Below, one piece after another: positions 27,795-36,868 of a stretch of DNA of 64,000 bases. The stretch spans positions 310,337-374,336 of the forward strand of contig CAZAZW010000001.1 of assembly GCA_964489875.1 (NCBI GenBank), written 5' to 3'. This stretch comes from an uncultured Gammaproteobacteria bacterium. Its GTDB lineage: Bacteria; Patescibacteriota; Microgenomatia; Daviesbacterales; UBA10151. The stretch's first letter is position 1, and each line of letters opens with the position of its first letter. The position numbers and the translations under genes are program-made. The notes under the pieces were generated by a model. That model was not told where the DNA came from and searched no databases. It was given only the letters and a program-made list of their open reading frames with translations.

Positions 27795-28115
27795 TTACTC
27801 CAATATTGCCATCAAATCATCGAATTTTACGAGTTTTAATTCTTTTCCGTCAACTTTGATTTCATCTCCACCCCATTTTTTATAAACCACCTTATCTCCC
27901 GGTTTGACAGAAGCTTTCAAAACTTTGCCATTTTCAAATACCATATCATCACCAACTGCTAAAACTATTCCCTGGGCTGGTTTTTCCTGGGCTGATTCTG
28001 GAAGAATTATTCCGGAAGCGGTTTTACTTTCAGCGCCGGACGGCTCAACTAACACATACCCCATCAAGGGTTTAATCGACGCTTTTGTACCTATATTCTT
28101 TTTCACTTTTGGCAT
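27795..28115 (-). CDS. groS: Co-chaperonin GroES
   Basis: IKPLMGYVLVEP...SGIILPESAQEKPAQGIVLAVG...GDKVVYKKWGG. Confidence 0.9.
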   Translation of the reverse strand: MPKVKKNIGTKASIKPLMGYVLVEPSGAESKTASGIILPESAQEKPAQGIVLAVGDDMVFENGKVLKASVKPGDKVVYKKWGGDEIKVDGKELKLVKFDDLMAILE

Positions 28116-28160
28116 ATGGAACTTTTAAGAGGGCAGACTAGGAATGATTTATACCAAAAC

Positions 28161-28187
28161 TTAGCACTACTTGTCAAGGGGTGCTAA
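28161..28187 (-). promoter_or_regulatory. CIRCE-like HrcA operator overlapping the groES promoter
   Basis: TTAGCACTA-N9-GGGTGCTAA, versus consensus TTAGCACTC-N9-GAGTGCTAA. On the minus strand, TTGACA (28172-28177) is followed after 18 nt by TATAAA (28148-28153). Confidence 0.7.
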
Positions 28188-29791
28188 CGAATTAGTGGCG
28201 GCTGGGTTGAACGGTCAAGCCGAGTGTTCCTGATTACTTCCGGACTCACCCGTGATTCTATAACTGATATTTTATTCAGTAAGACTGGTATTTGTTCATA
28301 AAACCTTAAATTTGCCGCTATTTTTTTATAGGCAAGATACTCACTGATGTTAAACGCCTGCCAGCTTATTCCCTCTTCCGTGCCATATTTACCCAACAGA
28401 TAATCTTTTCTTTCCTGAAGCTTGCGGAGCGTATAGTTCCGATAGTAGAGCTGTCTGTTTTGCTCAGTTGAAATATTGGCAATCCCCTCGAGGCGGGAAA
28501 CAGTTTCTATGGAGTCTTCAATCGCCGGCTGCCAGGACTGCTCGCCGTCAGGAGATAAATTAGCAAGATAATAATAATCAATTTCGCCGTTAACAGTTGG
28601 TTTATAGGAGGTGGCTATCAACCCATCAACATTGATGACGTTTACAAGTATCAAGACAAATAGTGTTGCCGCCACGATGCTCCCAAAAAACCATTGTTGT
28701 TTTACTCTTTGAAAAAGTTTGACCAGAAAAATTATTAGTAAAATACCTAACCACACCAAAAATATAAAGCCAAAGACCCGAGCCCTGGTCAATCCATGAG
28801 CATCTGCATATAATAGTAAACGCTTTACCGCCGAAAGTAGCAAAAATCCTGTCTCAATAGTCAAGATCGTTCCGAAAAGGTGAACAACTGCTGCCAATTT
28901 GCCCCTCAGCTGCTTAATGTAACGCAATACATAGAGCAACAAGCCACAAGCAACACTTGAGGCAACCAGTAATTCAAAGAATCCTTTCCTGACATATTCT
29001 GAATAGGTCAAACTATTAATTCCCAGCTCTGCCAGCTCCCGTTCACCCACTGATGAAAAAAGATAGCGAAACTGCACCAGAATAAAAGCGGCAAACAGGA
29101 GAGTCACTGAACCGGTGATCACTATCAGCTCATGTGATTTACCTTCTGCTATCTTTTCTTCCGAAGTTTGTTCTTGCAGTTTGTAAGTTGCCAGCCCAAA
29201 TCCTAAAAGGGTCAAAAATAAAACTACAGACTTCACCGCCCTTTCCCCAATGCCCGAGAAAAGGTTTTGGGTCAATTTATCAAAAATCGGGTCTGCTTGA
29301 ACCAATAACAAAAGCAAAACCACAAATACCGGTATAGTAATGACTAAACCACGTATCAGTGAAGATGTACTTTTGTGTTCGAAAGGAGTTTCGGACCAAC
29401 TACCTGCTTGAAACAATTTGAAAAATCCACCCACAGAGGAAACAAGGACAACCAAGGGAAGACCAATAAAATGCGCTATCTGAAAGGAAAGTTGGCCTTG
29501 ATATTTATAAAAATAAAGTGCCACTAAAGAGAAAAAGACAGCGGCAGCTATATCAATCAGTTGGACAACACCGCTGGCCCTAAGAATAAACAAAAAGGCA
29601 AAAATAATACTGACTACAGAAGCTAAAACTGCAACAGACAAATTCTTAGCGTTAGTATCTTTGACAGTAAAAAAGTAGAGATTGAGAAACAAAAAAAGCA
29701 GTCCTGTCCCAAGACCCGGTTGGGTATGGAAAAATAACAGATTATACAGGACAACAAACAGTGCGCTTAAAGCAATTGTTCTCGTGATCAT
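28184..29791 (-). CDS. Large polytopic membrane protein (DUF4173-like, tentative)
   Basis: About 12 hydrophobic helices followed by a soluble C-terminal domain. The family call is from memory only. Confidence 0.45.
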   Translation of the reverse strand: MITRTIALSALFVVLYNLLFFHTQPGLGTGLLFLFLNLYFFTVKDTNAKNLSVAVLASVVSIIFAFLFILRASGVVQLIDIAAAVFFSLVALYFYKYQGQLSFQIAHFIGLPLVVLVSSVGGFFKLFQAGSWSETPFEHKSTSSLIRGLVITIPVFVVLLLLLVQADPIFDKLTQNLFSGIGERAVKSVVLFLTLLGFGLATYKLQEQTSEEKIAEGKSHELIVITGSVTLLFAAFILVQFRYLFSSVGERELAELGINSLTYSEYVRKGFFELLVASSVACGLLLYVLRYIKQLRGKLAAVVHLFGTILTIETGFLLLSAVKRLLLYADAHGLTRARVFGFIFLVWLGILLIIFLVKLFQRVKQQWFFGSIVAATLFVLILVNVINVDGLIATSYKPTVNGEIDYYYLANLSPDGEQSWQPAIEDSIETVSRLEGIANISTEQNRQLYYRNYTLRKLQERKDYLLGKYGTEEGISWQAFNISEYLAYKKIAANLRFYEQIPVLLNKISVIESRVSPEVIRNTRLDRSTQPPLIR

Positions 29792-29815
29792 AATTGCTGA
29801 AGTCTTAAGAGGACA

Positions 29816-30775
29816 CTATTGTAGCACAACAAGTAAATTTCGTTGATATTCAGATAAGATTTTACTGCGGCAATCTTCGGGATGAAAATACAACGCCCCG
29901 TCTTCTATTCTCTCCAAACCTTTTGGTTTTTGCATAATTTTCAGCTGCAACTTTTTAGCCAAAATCTCTAACAACAAAGGGAGGCTGCCTCCGAACGCAG
30001 CGAGCCTTAGACGATCCGCCGACAGGCGGAGAGCGTATCCGAGGCGATTAGCCACAGGACGCTTGCGTTGGTGAGCAAGTGAGCGGGGCTGCCGACCGAA
30101 ATCACCAGAACCCAGACGAGCTTCCCCGACACCCACCCAGTTTGGTAAAAATTTAAAAGCCCAGGAGTTTCTCTCCAGGTATTTTGCATAAATCCCATCC
30201 CTTTGCCACAGCACCTTCATTTGTAGCACCTCGTGTGCAACAAAGATATCTTTGTTCTGTTGCTCCAATCGGTCTTCTTCGAGTAAAATATTAAGACACA
30301 GCTTCCCGGCAATTTTTTTACCCTTTTCCCCAACTTTTCTTCTTTGTCCTATTAAAGACAGTAACACCAAAGCCAACAGCCGGGAAATCCATAAGCGATT
30401 TTTAGCAGTAATAATAAAAAGATCAATATCATCTTTTTTAGAAGCATTACATAAAGCCAGTCCCCCTGATATCCCCACCAATTTTATCCAGGGAATTATT
30501 TTTAAAATCTGACAGAGTATTTTAGCTTTTCGGAAATACTTAGCGGACTGACCTTCCCGGCGTTTTCTTTTTATTATTAAACCATTCTTCCCCGGCAAAA
30601 AGTAATATCCTCCTTGTATTTTTAGCTTTGAATTTTCAACTAATCGACCTATGGCCGACTCCACCTGCCTTAGGTTAGCTTTCCTGCCTATCAACCACTT
30701 ATGAATATCATTCATCTTTAAGGGATAATCAAAAATATCAGCATAAATTAAAGTTTTTAATATAGCTTTTTCCAT
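29816..30775 (-). CDS. Hypothetical protein with Pol-beta-type nucleotidyltransferase-like motif
   Basis: VGISGGLALCNASKKDDIDLFIIT (GS...DxD pattern). Carries the 110-nt GC-rich insert. Confidence 0.4.
   Translation of the reverse strand: MEKAILKTLIYADIFDYPLKMNDIHKWLIGRKANLRQVESAIGRLVENSKLKIQGGYYFLPGKNGLIIKRKRREGQSAKYFRKAKILCQILKIIPWIKLVGISGGLALCNASKKDDIDLFIITAKNRLWISRLLALVLLSLIGQRRKVGEKGKKIAGKLCLNILLEEDRLEQQNKDIFVAHEVLQMKVLWQRDGIYAKYLERNSWAFKFLPNWVGVGEARLGSGDFGRQPRSLAHQRKRPVANRLGYALRLSADRLRLAAFGGSLPLLLEILAKKLQLKIMQKPKGLERIEDGALYFHPEDCRSKILSEYQRNLLVVLQ
29993..30102. repeat. GC-rich ~110-nt element, copy A, in-frame inside a minus-strand ORF
   Basis: Shares gaacgcagcga.c..tagacga, gcgtatccgag, a tccgcc...ggcgga hairpin, and a 48-nt 3' core (30055-30102) that is 45/48 identical to 43137-43184. 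Confidence 0.8.
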
Positions 30776-30805
30776 GTCGCTAATTTACCATGTATAATTA
30801 ACCAC

Positions 30806-31756
30806 ATGCAATTTCAAGATAACTATCCATTAAAAAATATAACCACTTTAGGTATTGGCGGTCCTGCTAAGAAATTAGCGGCAGTAAAAACCAAAGAAGA
30901 GTTAATCGAAGCTATCCAATATGCCAAGGGTCAAAAATTATCCTTTCTGGTAGTCGGTGGCGGCAGTAATCTACTGATCTCAGACGAAGGAGTAGATTAT
31001 TTGGTTATTAAAAATGAAATTGCAGGAATAGTACAAAACGGCACTGAAATCACAGTTAAAAGCGGCACTCCGCTACAAGTTCTTGTGGATTACACCATCA
31101 GTCACGGACTCGCAGGGCTCCAAAAATTAACCGGTATTCCCGGAACTGTTGGCGGAGCAATCTATGGTAATGCCGGAGCCTATGGTCAAACAATAAGCGA
31201 TTTTTTAATAGAAGTTAGTGTCTTTGACGATGAAAAAATAGTTACTTTATCAACAAACCATTGTAGCTTTAACTACAGAGACAGCATCTTCAAAAAAAAT
31301 GAGCAAGCTCTTTCCTTCGGAAATAAATTTACCATTCTGGAAGCCAAATTCCGGCTGGAACCGGGAGATACCAATGCGCTGCAACAAGAAGCGGAGGATG
31401 TTTTGTCCAAAAGATTAGTGAAATACCCTCCCGGGATTAAATGCCCGGGCAGTTTTTTCAAAAATCTGGTGGTATCGGAAATCCCCCCCGAACTCCTAAA
31501 AAATATCCCCAAGGGAAAAATTGTTTACGGGAAAGTACCTGCCGGAGCGCTGCTGGAAGAAGTCGGCGCCAAAGGACAATCCGTAGATGGAATAGAAATC
31601 GCTTCTTATCATGCCAATTTATTTATTAATGAAGGAACAGGCACAGCAGATTCTTTTTATAATTTAGCCAAAACTTATGCTGAAAAAGTGAAAGAAAGAT
31701 TCGGCATCACCTTAGAACCCGAAGTCCAATTAATCAACTTGCCACCCTTACTCTAA
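30806..31756 (+). CDS. murB: UDP-N-acetylenolpyruvoylglucosamine reductase
   Basis: TTLGIGGPAK, VVGGGSNLL, GIPGTVGGAIYGNAGAYG, NLFINEG. Confidence 0.85.
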   Translation: MQFQDNYPLKNITTLGIGGPAKKLAAVKTKEELIEAIQYAKGQKLSFLVVGGGSNLLISDEGVDYLVIKNEIAGIVQNGTEITVKSGTPLQVLVDYTISHGLAGLQKLTGIPGTVGGAIYGNAGAYGQTISDFLIEVSVFDDEKIVTLSTNHCSFNYRDSIFKKNEQALSFGNKFTILEAKFRLEPGDTNALQQEAEDVLSKRLVKYPPGIKCPGSFFKNLVVSEIPPELLKNIPKGKIVYGKVPAGALLEEVGAKGQSVDGIEIASYHANLFINEGTGTADSFYNLAKTYAEKVKERFGITLEPEVQLINLPPLL

Positions 31757-32071
31757 TTCTTCCTCGTCAATTAACTCGTAAATCTCCAGGGGTATTTCTT
31801 CATAAGGATGAGCTTTCCTAATGGCTGCCACGACAGCCTTTAGTTTTTCTTTTTGACAGATCATTTCTATTCTTTCTTCTTCCACTTCCTCCAATTTCCC
31901 CACTTCTCCAATGGCCGGACGAGCTCCAGCAGTTGGCATAAACCTACCAACTCCTTTAGTTGAAAAAGAAGCATGGGTGTAATTACCTAACACTCCTGCT
32001 CCGGCATCTCCCATAGCCACTCTCACTTTTCCCACATCTTTTACCGGTACAAAGGTGATAATCTTAAACAT
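31748..32071 (-). CDS. Small PII-fold-like protein related to the NIF3/YqfO insert domain (tentative)
   Basis: 107 aa. FVPVKDVGKVRVAMGDAGAG...NYTHASF...G.F.P...A.P.IGE...EE.RIE pattern. Confidence 0.4.
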   Translation of the reverse strand: MFKIITFVPVKDVGKVRVAMGDAGAGVLGNYTHASFSTKGVGRFMPTAGARPAIGEVGKLEEVEEERIEMICQKEKLKAVVAAIRKAHPYEEIPLEIYELIDEEELE

Positions 32072-32073
32072 AT

Positions 32074-33381
32074 TTATGGTGAAACGGCCGGCTGTGGCCT
32101 GGTATATTTATCTAACACCTGTTTAACCCCTTGATCAACTGTCTGCAAAGCAGCTCTTGGGTCTATCCCGGCCAACGTGGCATTGATGCCGTCTTCGAAA
32201 TACTTAATCATTTCATCATTAATTCCAAGATCAAAAGTATTTGATGACAGATACCAGGATTTATAAATAGGTCCTTGAGTCACAAAAGCCCCTACAACTG
32301 GATCACTTGCCAACTCCCCTCCTAAAGAAACTAGCGAATACGGCTCGCCAAATAACCTAATCTTAGCAGCTTCCTGATAAGCTAACTTTTCCGTCTCAGC
32401 TGAGGTTAAAAATTTGACAAATTTCCAGGCTTCAAGGGAGTTTTTAGATTTGCCAGAAACTGCCTCGCCCCAAAAGCTGGCCCAAGCAGTAGCTTTACCA
32501 GATAATTGCGGCACCGCCACAACTTTAAATTTTAAGTTAGGACTAACTACCCGCAGTTCATGCGCCCTCCAGGAAGGAGCAAAGTAAAAGCCTAATCTTC
32601 CCTGGGCAAACATGTCGGTAGATTTAGGCAAATTCACATCCCAGGTTTTCTTTTTAGGATCAGTTATGAAACCTGTGTAAAACTGCAGCACTTCTGCCAC
32701 CTGAGACGTCGCCACGTTGTTAAGATCCACCCCCGGCTGCTGCTGCAGCAGCAGCCCCAAAATATCCGACCAGTGGTCAACATTGCCGGCAGTTCCCAGA
32801 GCTGCCCCGGCAGTCTTAATCCCGCTGGCATCTTTAACTGTCATTTTGGTAGCAAGATCGATAAACTCCTGCCAATTCCTGGGTGGGCTACCGCCAATAC
32901 CGTTCAGCATCTCTTCATTAATAAATAGGGCTAATCCATCTATTTCCATTGGCGCAGCGTAAATTTGATCTCCTTTGATAAAACTTTCCGCCGCTACCGG
33001 ATAAAACATTTTCCTGTAATCAGCCACTGTAAATACACTGGCCGGAGCGCTGGCTAAATCAGCTTGAAACATCGGCAACCAGGAATTGTGAATCCGGAAA
33101 ACATCCGGACCTACCCCTTCCCGAATCTGTGTTTGGGCTCTGGTCCGATAATTTAGAGAAGATTTCTTTTCGTAATTGACGGTAATCTTGGGATTTTGTT
33201 TTTGATACTCGGCGATAATTGGTTTAATTAAATTGTCATCCTCCCACAGTCCCCAATAGGTTAAAGTGATCGGACTCTCCTCTTTGGGTTTGTTAAATAA
33301 AGAGATGCTGGGGGCAAATTTCCAAAAAATAAATCCTAAAACAATACTGAGGCTCAGAACAATAATGATAATACGCTTCAT
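32074..33381 (-). CDS. ABC-transporter extracellular solute-binding protein (family 1, sugar-type), orphan
   Basis: Signal anchor, ITLTYWGLWEDD, 435 aa. No permease or ATPase gene adjacent. Confidence 0.7.
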   Translation of the reverse strand: MKRIIIIVLSLSIVLGFIFWKFAPSISLFNKPKEESPITLTYWGLWEDDNLIKPIIAEYQKQNPKITVNYEKKSSLNYRTRAQTQIREGVGPDVFRIHNSWLPMFQADLASAPASVFTVADYRKMFYPVAAESFIKGDQIYAAPMEIDGLALFINEEMLNGIGGSPPRNWQEFIDLATKMTVKDASGIKTAGAALGTAGNVDHWSDILGLLLQQQPGVDLNNVATSQVAEVLQFYTGFITDPKKKTWDVNLPKSTDMFAQGRLGFYFAPSWRAHELRVVSPNLKFKVVAVPQLSGKATAWASFWGEAVSGKSKNSLEAWKFVKFLTSAETEKLAYQEAAKIRLFGEPYSLVSLGGELASDPVVGAFVTQGPIYKSWYLSSNTFDLGINDEMIKYFEDGINATLAGIDPRAALQTVDQGVKQVLDKYTRPQPAVSP

Positions 33382-33417
33382 CTTTTAAATTATACCTTAA
33401 AACTGTACAATATCGCC

Positions 33418-35145
33418 GTGGCTAAACATAAGAAAAAATCAAATTTAATTCGGATTAAACAGCAGGTTTTACCGATCATATTATCTTTGCTGCTTTTTTC
33501 TTTAACTCTGCTAACCTACCAAACAGTTTTAGCGGATAAATACTTACCACTAACTTACGTGGGAGACACCAACATTTCTTTTCTAACACAGGGCCAAGCC
33601 ATCAGAAAAGTCCAAGCCAGTTTTCAAAATAGGCTGACACAAAAACTGCAATTTGATTCTTTTACCATTGACTTAGCCACCTCATCAGCCGCTCTTGATT
33701 ATTCAGCCCTAAGTCAAGACTTTAAACAAAGCCACGCCGGTCCGCTTAATCTGTTCAGAAATTCTAAAATCACTCCAAAAATTACTTTCAATATAGACCA
33801 ACAATTAGCTAAGGTAGCTTCAGTTGTAGATAAGCCGCCCCAAAATGCCCAGTTGATATTTGATGAAACACCCAACCCGGAAGGTACCCCCTCAGCCCGC
33901 ATTCAAATCAAGGAAGGTGTAAACGGCCAGTCTTTGGATAAAGTGGCTGTAGAAAATTTGGTCAACGAATATCTTTTAACCGGTAAATTTAAATCAGAGC
34001 TTCCTATCAAAGTGACCGATCCCAAAATTACCACCAACCAAATGATCAAAGCTAAGACGGTCCTGGAAAACATCATTAAAGAACCTTTAAAACTCGTGTT
34101 TAACGAAAGTAGCTGGGTTTTGGATGTTAAACAGCTTTTGACGCTCCTGGACACGGCAAAAGGAGGCGATTTAATTTTAGATAAAGACCAGACACTTGCC
34201 TTTCTGGGAAGAATAGCTCAAGAAATAGACAGGGAAGTCCAGGAGGGATTGTTTGAATTTAATCCTGCCACTAAAAGGGTTACTACTTTTAAACCATCAC
34301 AAGAAGGTCAAAAATTAGATGTTAATAAAACTTTTTTCCTGATTAATGATGCGTTGGCTTCCACTTCCACCAAAACCATTACTTTGCCGGTTGATATTGT
34401 CAAACCGAAAATTGCCACCTCTGATGTGAACAGTTTGGGTATTAAGGAGCTATTGGGACGGGGGATTTCCAACTTTGCCGGCTCTATCGCTAACAGGATC
34501 TACAACATCGGCCTGACTGCTTCAAGAATCAATGGGGTATTAGTTCCTCCGGGTGAAATTTTTTCTTTTAATCAAACAATTGGTGATATCTCTGCTGCCA
34601 CCGGTTTTAAACAGGCTTATGTGATTAAAGAGGGCCGGACAGTGTTAGATGACGGAGGTGGTGTTTGTCAGGATTCAACTACCCTTTTCCGAGCGGTATT
34701 AAATGCGGGGCTTCCGGTTGTAAAAAGAACCGCTCATGCTTATCGGGTCAGTTATTATGAGCAGGGTTTTCCGCCGGGCCTGGATGCCACAGTTTTTTAC
34801 CCCAGTGTGGACTTTCAGTTTAAAAATGACACCGGCGCCCATATTTTAATCCAGGCCTATACTTCCGGGACAACTCTATATTTTGATTTATACGGCACGC
34901 CGGATGGCAGGGTAGTCAGTTTGACTAAACCAATCGTCACCAACCAAACTCCGCCGCCTCCGGAACTCCGCCAGGATGATCCGACGCTACCCAAAGGCAC
35001 AGTCAAACAAGTTGATTGGGCAGCCTGGGGAGCTAATGTCAGCTTTAAAAGGGTAGTTACCAGAAACGGGCAGGAAATTATAAATGAAACCTGGAGATCT
35101 AACTTCAAACCCTGGCAGGCAGTATTTTTGGTGGGAACCCAGTAA
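33418..35145 (+). CDS. VanW-family protein with C-terminal G5-like domain
   Basis: VLVPPGEIFSFNQTIGDIS...GGGVCQDSTTLFRAVLNAGLPVVKRTAHAYRVSYY, with C-terminal PKGTVKQVDWAAWGANVSF. Confidence 0.8.
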   Translation: MAKHKKKSNLIRIKQQVLPIILSLLLFSLTLLTYQTVLADKYLPLTYVGDTNISFLTQGQAIRKVQASFQNRLTQKLQFDSFTIDLATSSAALDYSALSQDFKQSHAGPLNLFRNSKITPKITFNIDQQLAKVASVVDKPPQNAQLIFDETPNPEGTPSARIQIKEGVNGQSLDKVAVENLVNEYLLTGKFKSELPIKVTDPKITTNQMIKAKTVLENIIKEPLKLVFNESSWVLDVKQLLTLLDTAKGGDLILDKDQTLAFLGRIAQEIDREVQEGLFEFNPATKRVTTFKPSQEGQKLDVNKTFFLINDALASTSTKTITLPVDIVKPKIATSDVNSLGIKELLGRGISNFAGSIANRIYNIGLTASRINGVLVPPGEIFSFNQTIGDISAATGFKQAYVIKEGRTVLDDGGGVCQDSTTLFRAVLNAGLPVVKRTAHAYRVSYYEQGFPPGLDATVFYPSVDFQFKNDTGAHILIQAYTSGTTLYFDLYGTPDGRVVSLTKPIVTNQTPPPPELRQDDPTLPKGTVKQVDWAAWGANVSFKRVVTRNGQEIINETWRSNFKPWQAVFLVGTQ

Positions 35146-35154
35146 CCCCCCGAT

Positions 35155-35574
35155 ATGAAAGAAGAAGTTGATCTATTTTTAGAAAATTTCAAGCAATGGG
35201 CGACCAGTCAGGATAACATTGAGACAGTTGCTTTGGTTGGTTCATATACCAAAGGCGCAGCTAAACCGGATTCTGATATTGACCTGGTAATTATTACTAA
35301 TGATCCAAAATCGCTTTTAAAAGATGCCCTATGGCTAAAAAACTTTGGGCAGATTAAGGAAATTAAGAATGAAGACTGGGGTTTGGTCCAATCCCTACGG
35401 GTATTTTACAACAATGGTCTAGAAGTAGAATTCGGCATCACCACTCTCGAGTGGGCTAAAACAAATCCGGTTGACCCGGGAACTAAACGTGTGATCTCAA
35501 ACGGAGTAAAAATTATCTATGACAAAAATGGCATTTTACAATCTCTACTAAATACTCTGCCTCTTCTTCCTTAA
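35155..35574 (+). CDS. Minimal nucleotidyltransferase (Pol-beta superfamily)
   Basis: ALVGSYTKGAAKPDSDIDLVIIT (GS-x9-DxD). Confidence 0.65.
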   Translation: MKEEVDLFLENFKQWATSQDNIETVALVGSYTKGAAKPDSDIDLVIITNDPKSLLKDALWLKNFGQIKEIKNEDWGLVQSLRVFYNNGLEVEFGITTLEWAKTNPVDPGTKRVISNGVKIIYDKNGILQSLLNTLPLLP

Positions 35575-35601
35575 ATCCACCCACCTCCAAAAACTCTAAA
35601 T

Positions 35602-36261
35602 TTATTTCTCGTTTAGAAATTTTAAAAGCTTTTCAGATAGATTCGTATTTATGTCGAACATCTTCTCCATACAATCATCTATTTTACTTACCTCTTTCTT
35701 TATTTTTGTTTTCCATGCCAAACTCGCTTTATAATACCCTACATCTTCTGGGTTTATATCTGGCATAAAATGGGGATTATACGAATCATAATATACTCTG
35801 TGTGACATAGACTTTCTCGTATTCAATAATTCTGCTACTTCGTCAACCTTAAATCTTTTTAATTCTGTATCTACATGAAATTGCTTCACTAAATCATTTG
35901 CCATTAGCTTATCTAACAGTCCATCATCCGACTCAGAATAACCAACCTTCATTACGAGATTTATAAACATACATATTTTATCTCTATATGAGTGAACTCT
36001 ATAAATAAAGTTTTCTATATGATAATGAAGTTCAGAAAAATCTTCATCATGAATCGTGGGATTTTTAATTCTAAAACCTTGTTTTCTGCTACCTAATATA
36101 CGAATTATATTCTCGCAAACAGCCAATTTCTGATTAATTTTTCTGACTATACTTAACATATCATTAGTTAAGTGGGACACCTCATGTCTGTACGTTTTCG
36201 ATTTTTTATTTAGTTTTCTATGACTAAAATCTAAATAACGCGGGTCATATTTTCTTTTCAT
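35602..36261 (-). CDS. AT-rich hypothetical protein with R-x4-H (HEPN-like) motif
   Basis: 219 aa, helical. RKSMSH at residues 149-154 (nt 35800-35817). Composition is visibly AT-richer than the flanking genes. Confidence 0.3.
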   Translation of the reverse strand: MKRKYDPRYLDFSHRKLNKKSKTYRHEVSHLTNDMLSIVRKINQKLAVCENIIRILGSRKQGFRIKNPTIHDEDFSELHYHIENFIYRVHSYRDKICMFINLVMKVGYSESDDGLLDKLMANDLVKQFHVDTELKRFKVDEVAELLNTRKSMSHRVYYDSYNPHFMPDINPEDVGYYKASLAWKTKIKKEVSKIDDCMEKMFDINTNLSEKLLKFLNEK

Positions 36262-36296
36262 TTCAAGCAGATTCTACACTTCAACTGCGCTCAGTG

Positions 36297-36332
36297 CAAA
36301 TTGCGTTTTTCGCCGGAAAAATAAAAGCTCTT
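36297..36332. repeat. Direct repeat copy 1 flanking hicAB
   Basis: caaattgcgtttttcgccggaaaaataaaagctctt, containing the small hairpin tttttc-gccg-gaaaaa. Confidence 0.8.
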
Positions 36333-36347
36333 TTTTAGGAAAATTGT

Positions 36348-36545
36348 CTAAAGTTCCTCTTGTTTAATCCCTGATTGTCTTAAAATATTTTGAAATGTAC
36401 CTGATTTCAAATCTTTATTGTGATATGGCACTGTTACCCGTAAATCTTCTTTTCTATACAACCTATGGCTACCCTTTTGTCTGATAAATTTAAATCCTTT
36501 TTGCTCCAAGACTTTAATTATCTGTCTTGGTTTAACGGATTTCAT
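36348..36545 (-). CDS. hicA: HicA-family mRNA interferase toxin
   Basis: IIKVLEQKGFKFIRQKGSHRLYRK...VTVPYHNKDLKSGTFQNILRQSGI. Confidence 0.8.
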   Translation of the reverse strand: MKSVKPRQIIKVLEQKGFKFIRQKGSHRLYRKEDLRVTVPYHNKDLKSGTFQNILRQSGIKQEEL

Positions 36546-36784
36546 ATAACAACTTGCACCGGAGAAACAACAATGGGCTTTTCTTCCTTGGGGATTTCAG
36601 ATTCTTTTAAGTCTTCAAGGTAAAGTTCTGCTGCCTCTTTTATATTAGTAAGGGCTTCCTCAAAATTTTCGCCTTGTGAAATACATCCGGGCAAAGCAGG
36701 AATGATAACAGAGTATCCTCCGGATTTCTCAGGTTCAAAAATAGCAGTATATTGAAAAACTTTTGCGACTTTTTTCTTAGCCAT
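36542..36784 (-). CDS. hicB: HicB-family antitoxin
   Basis: YTAIFEPEKSGGYSVIIPALPGCISQGENFEEALTNIKEAAELYLE. Overlaps hicA by 4 nt. Confidence 0.8.
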   Translation of the reverse strand: MAKKKVAKVFQYTAIFEPEKSGGYSVIIPALPGCISQGENFEEALTNIKEAAELYLEDLKESEIPKEEKPIVVSPVQVVI

Positions 36785-36814
36785 ATACGCTTAATTATAC
36801 CACTTTATCCCAGA

Positions 36815-36852
36815 CAAATTCTACGTTTTTCGCCGGAAAAATGAAAGCTCTT
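36815..36852. repeat. Direct repeat copy 2 flanking hicAB
   Basis: caaattctacgtttttcgccggaaaaatgaaagctctt. Confidence 0.8.
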
Positions 36853-36868
36853 CTCCAATCTTAAAATT

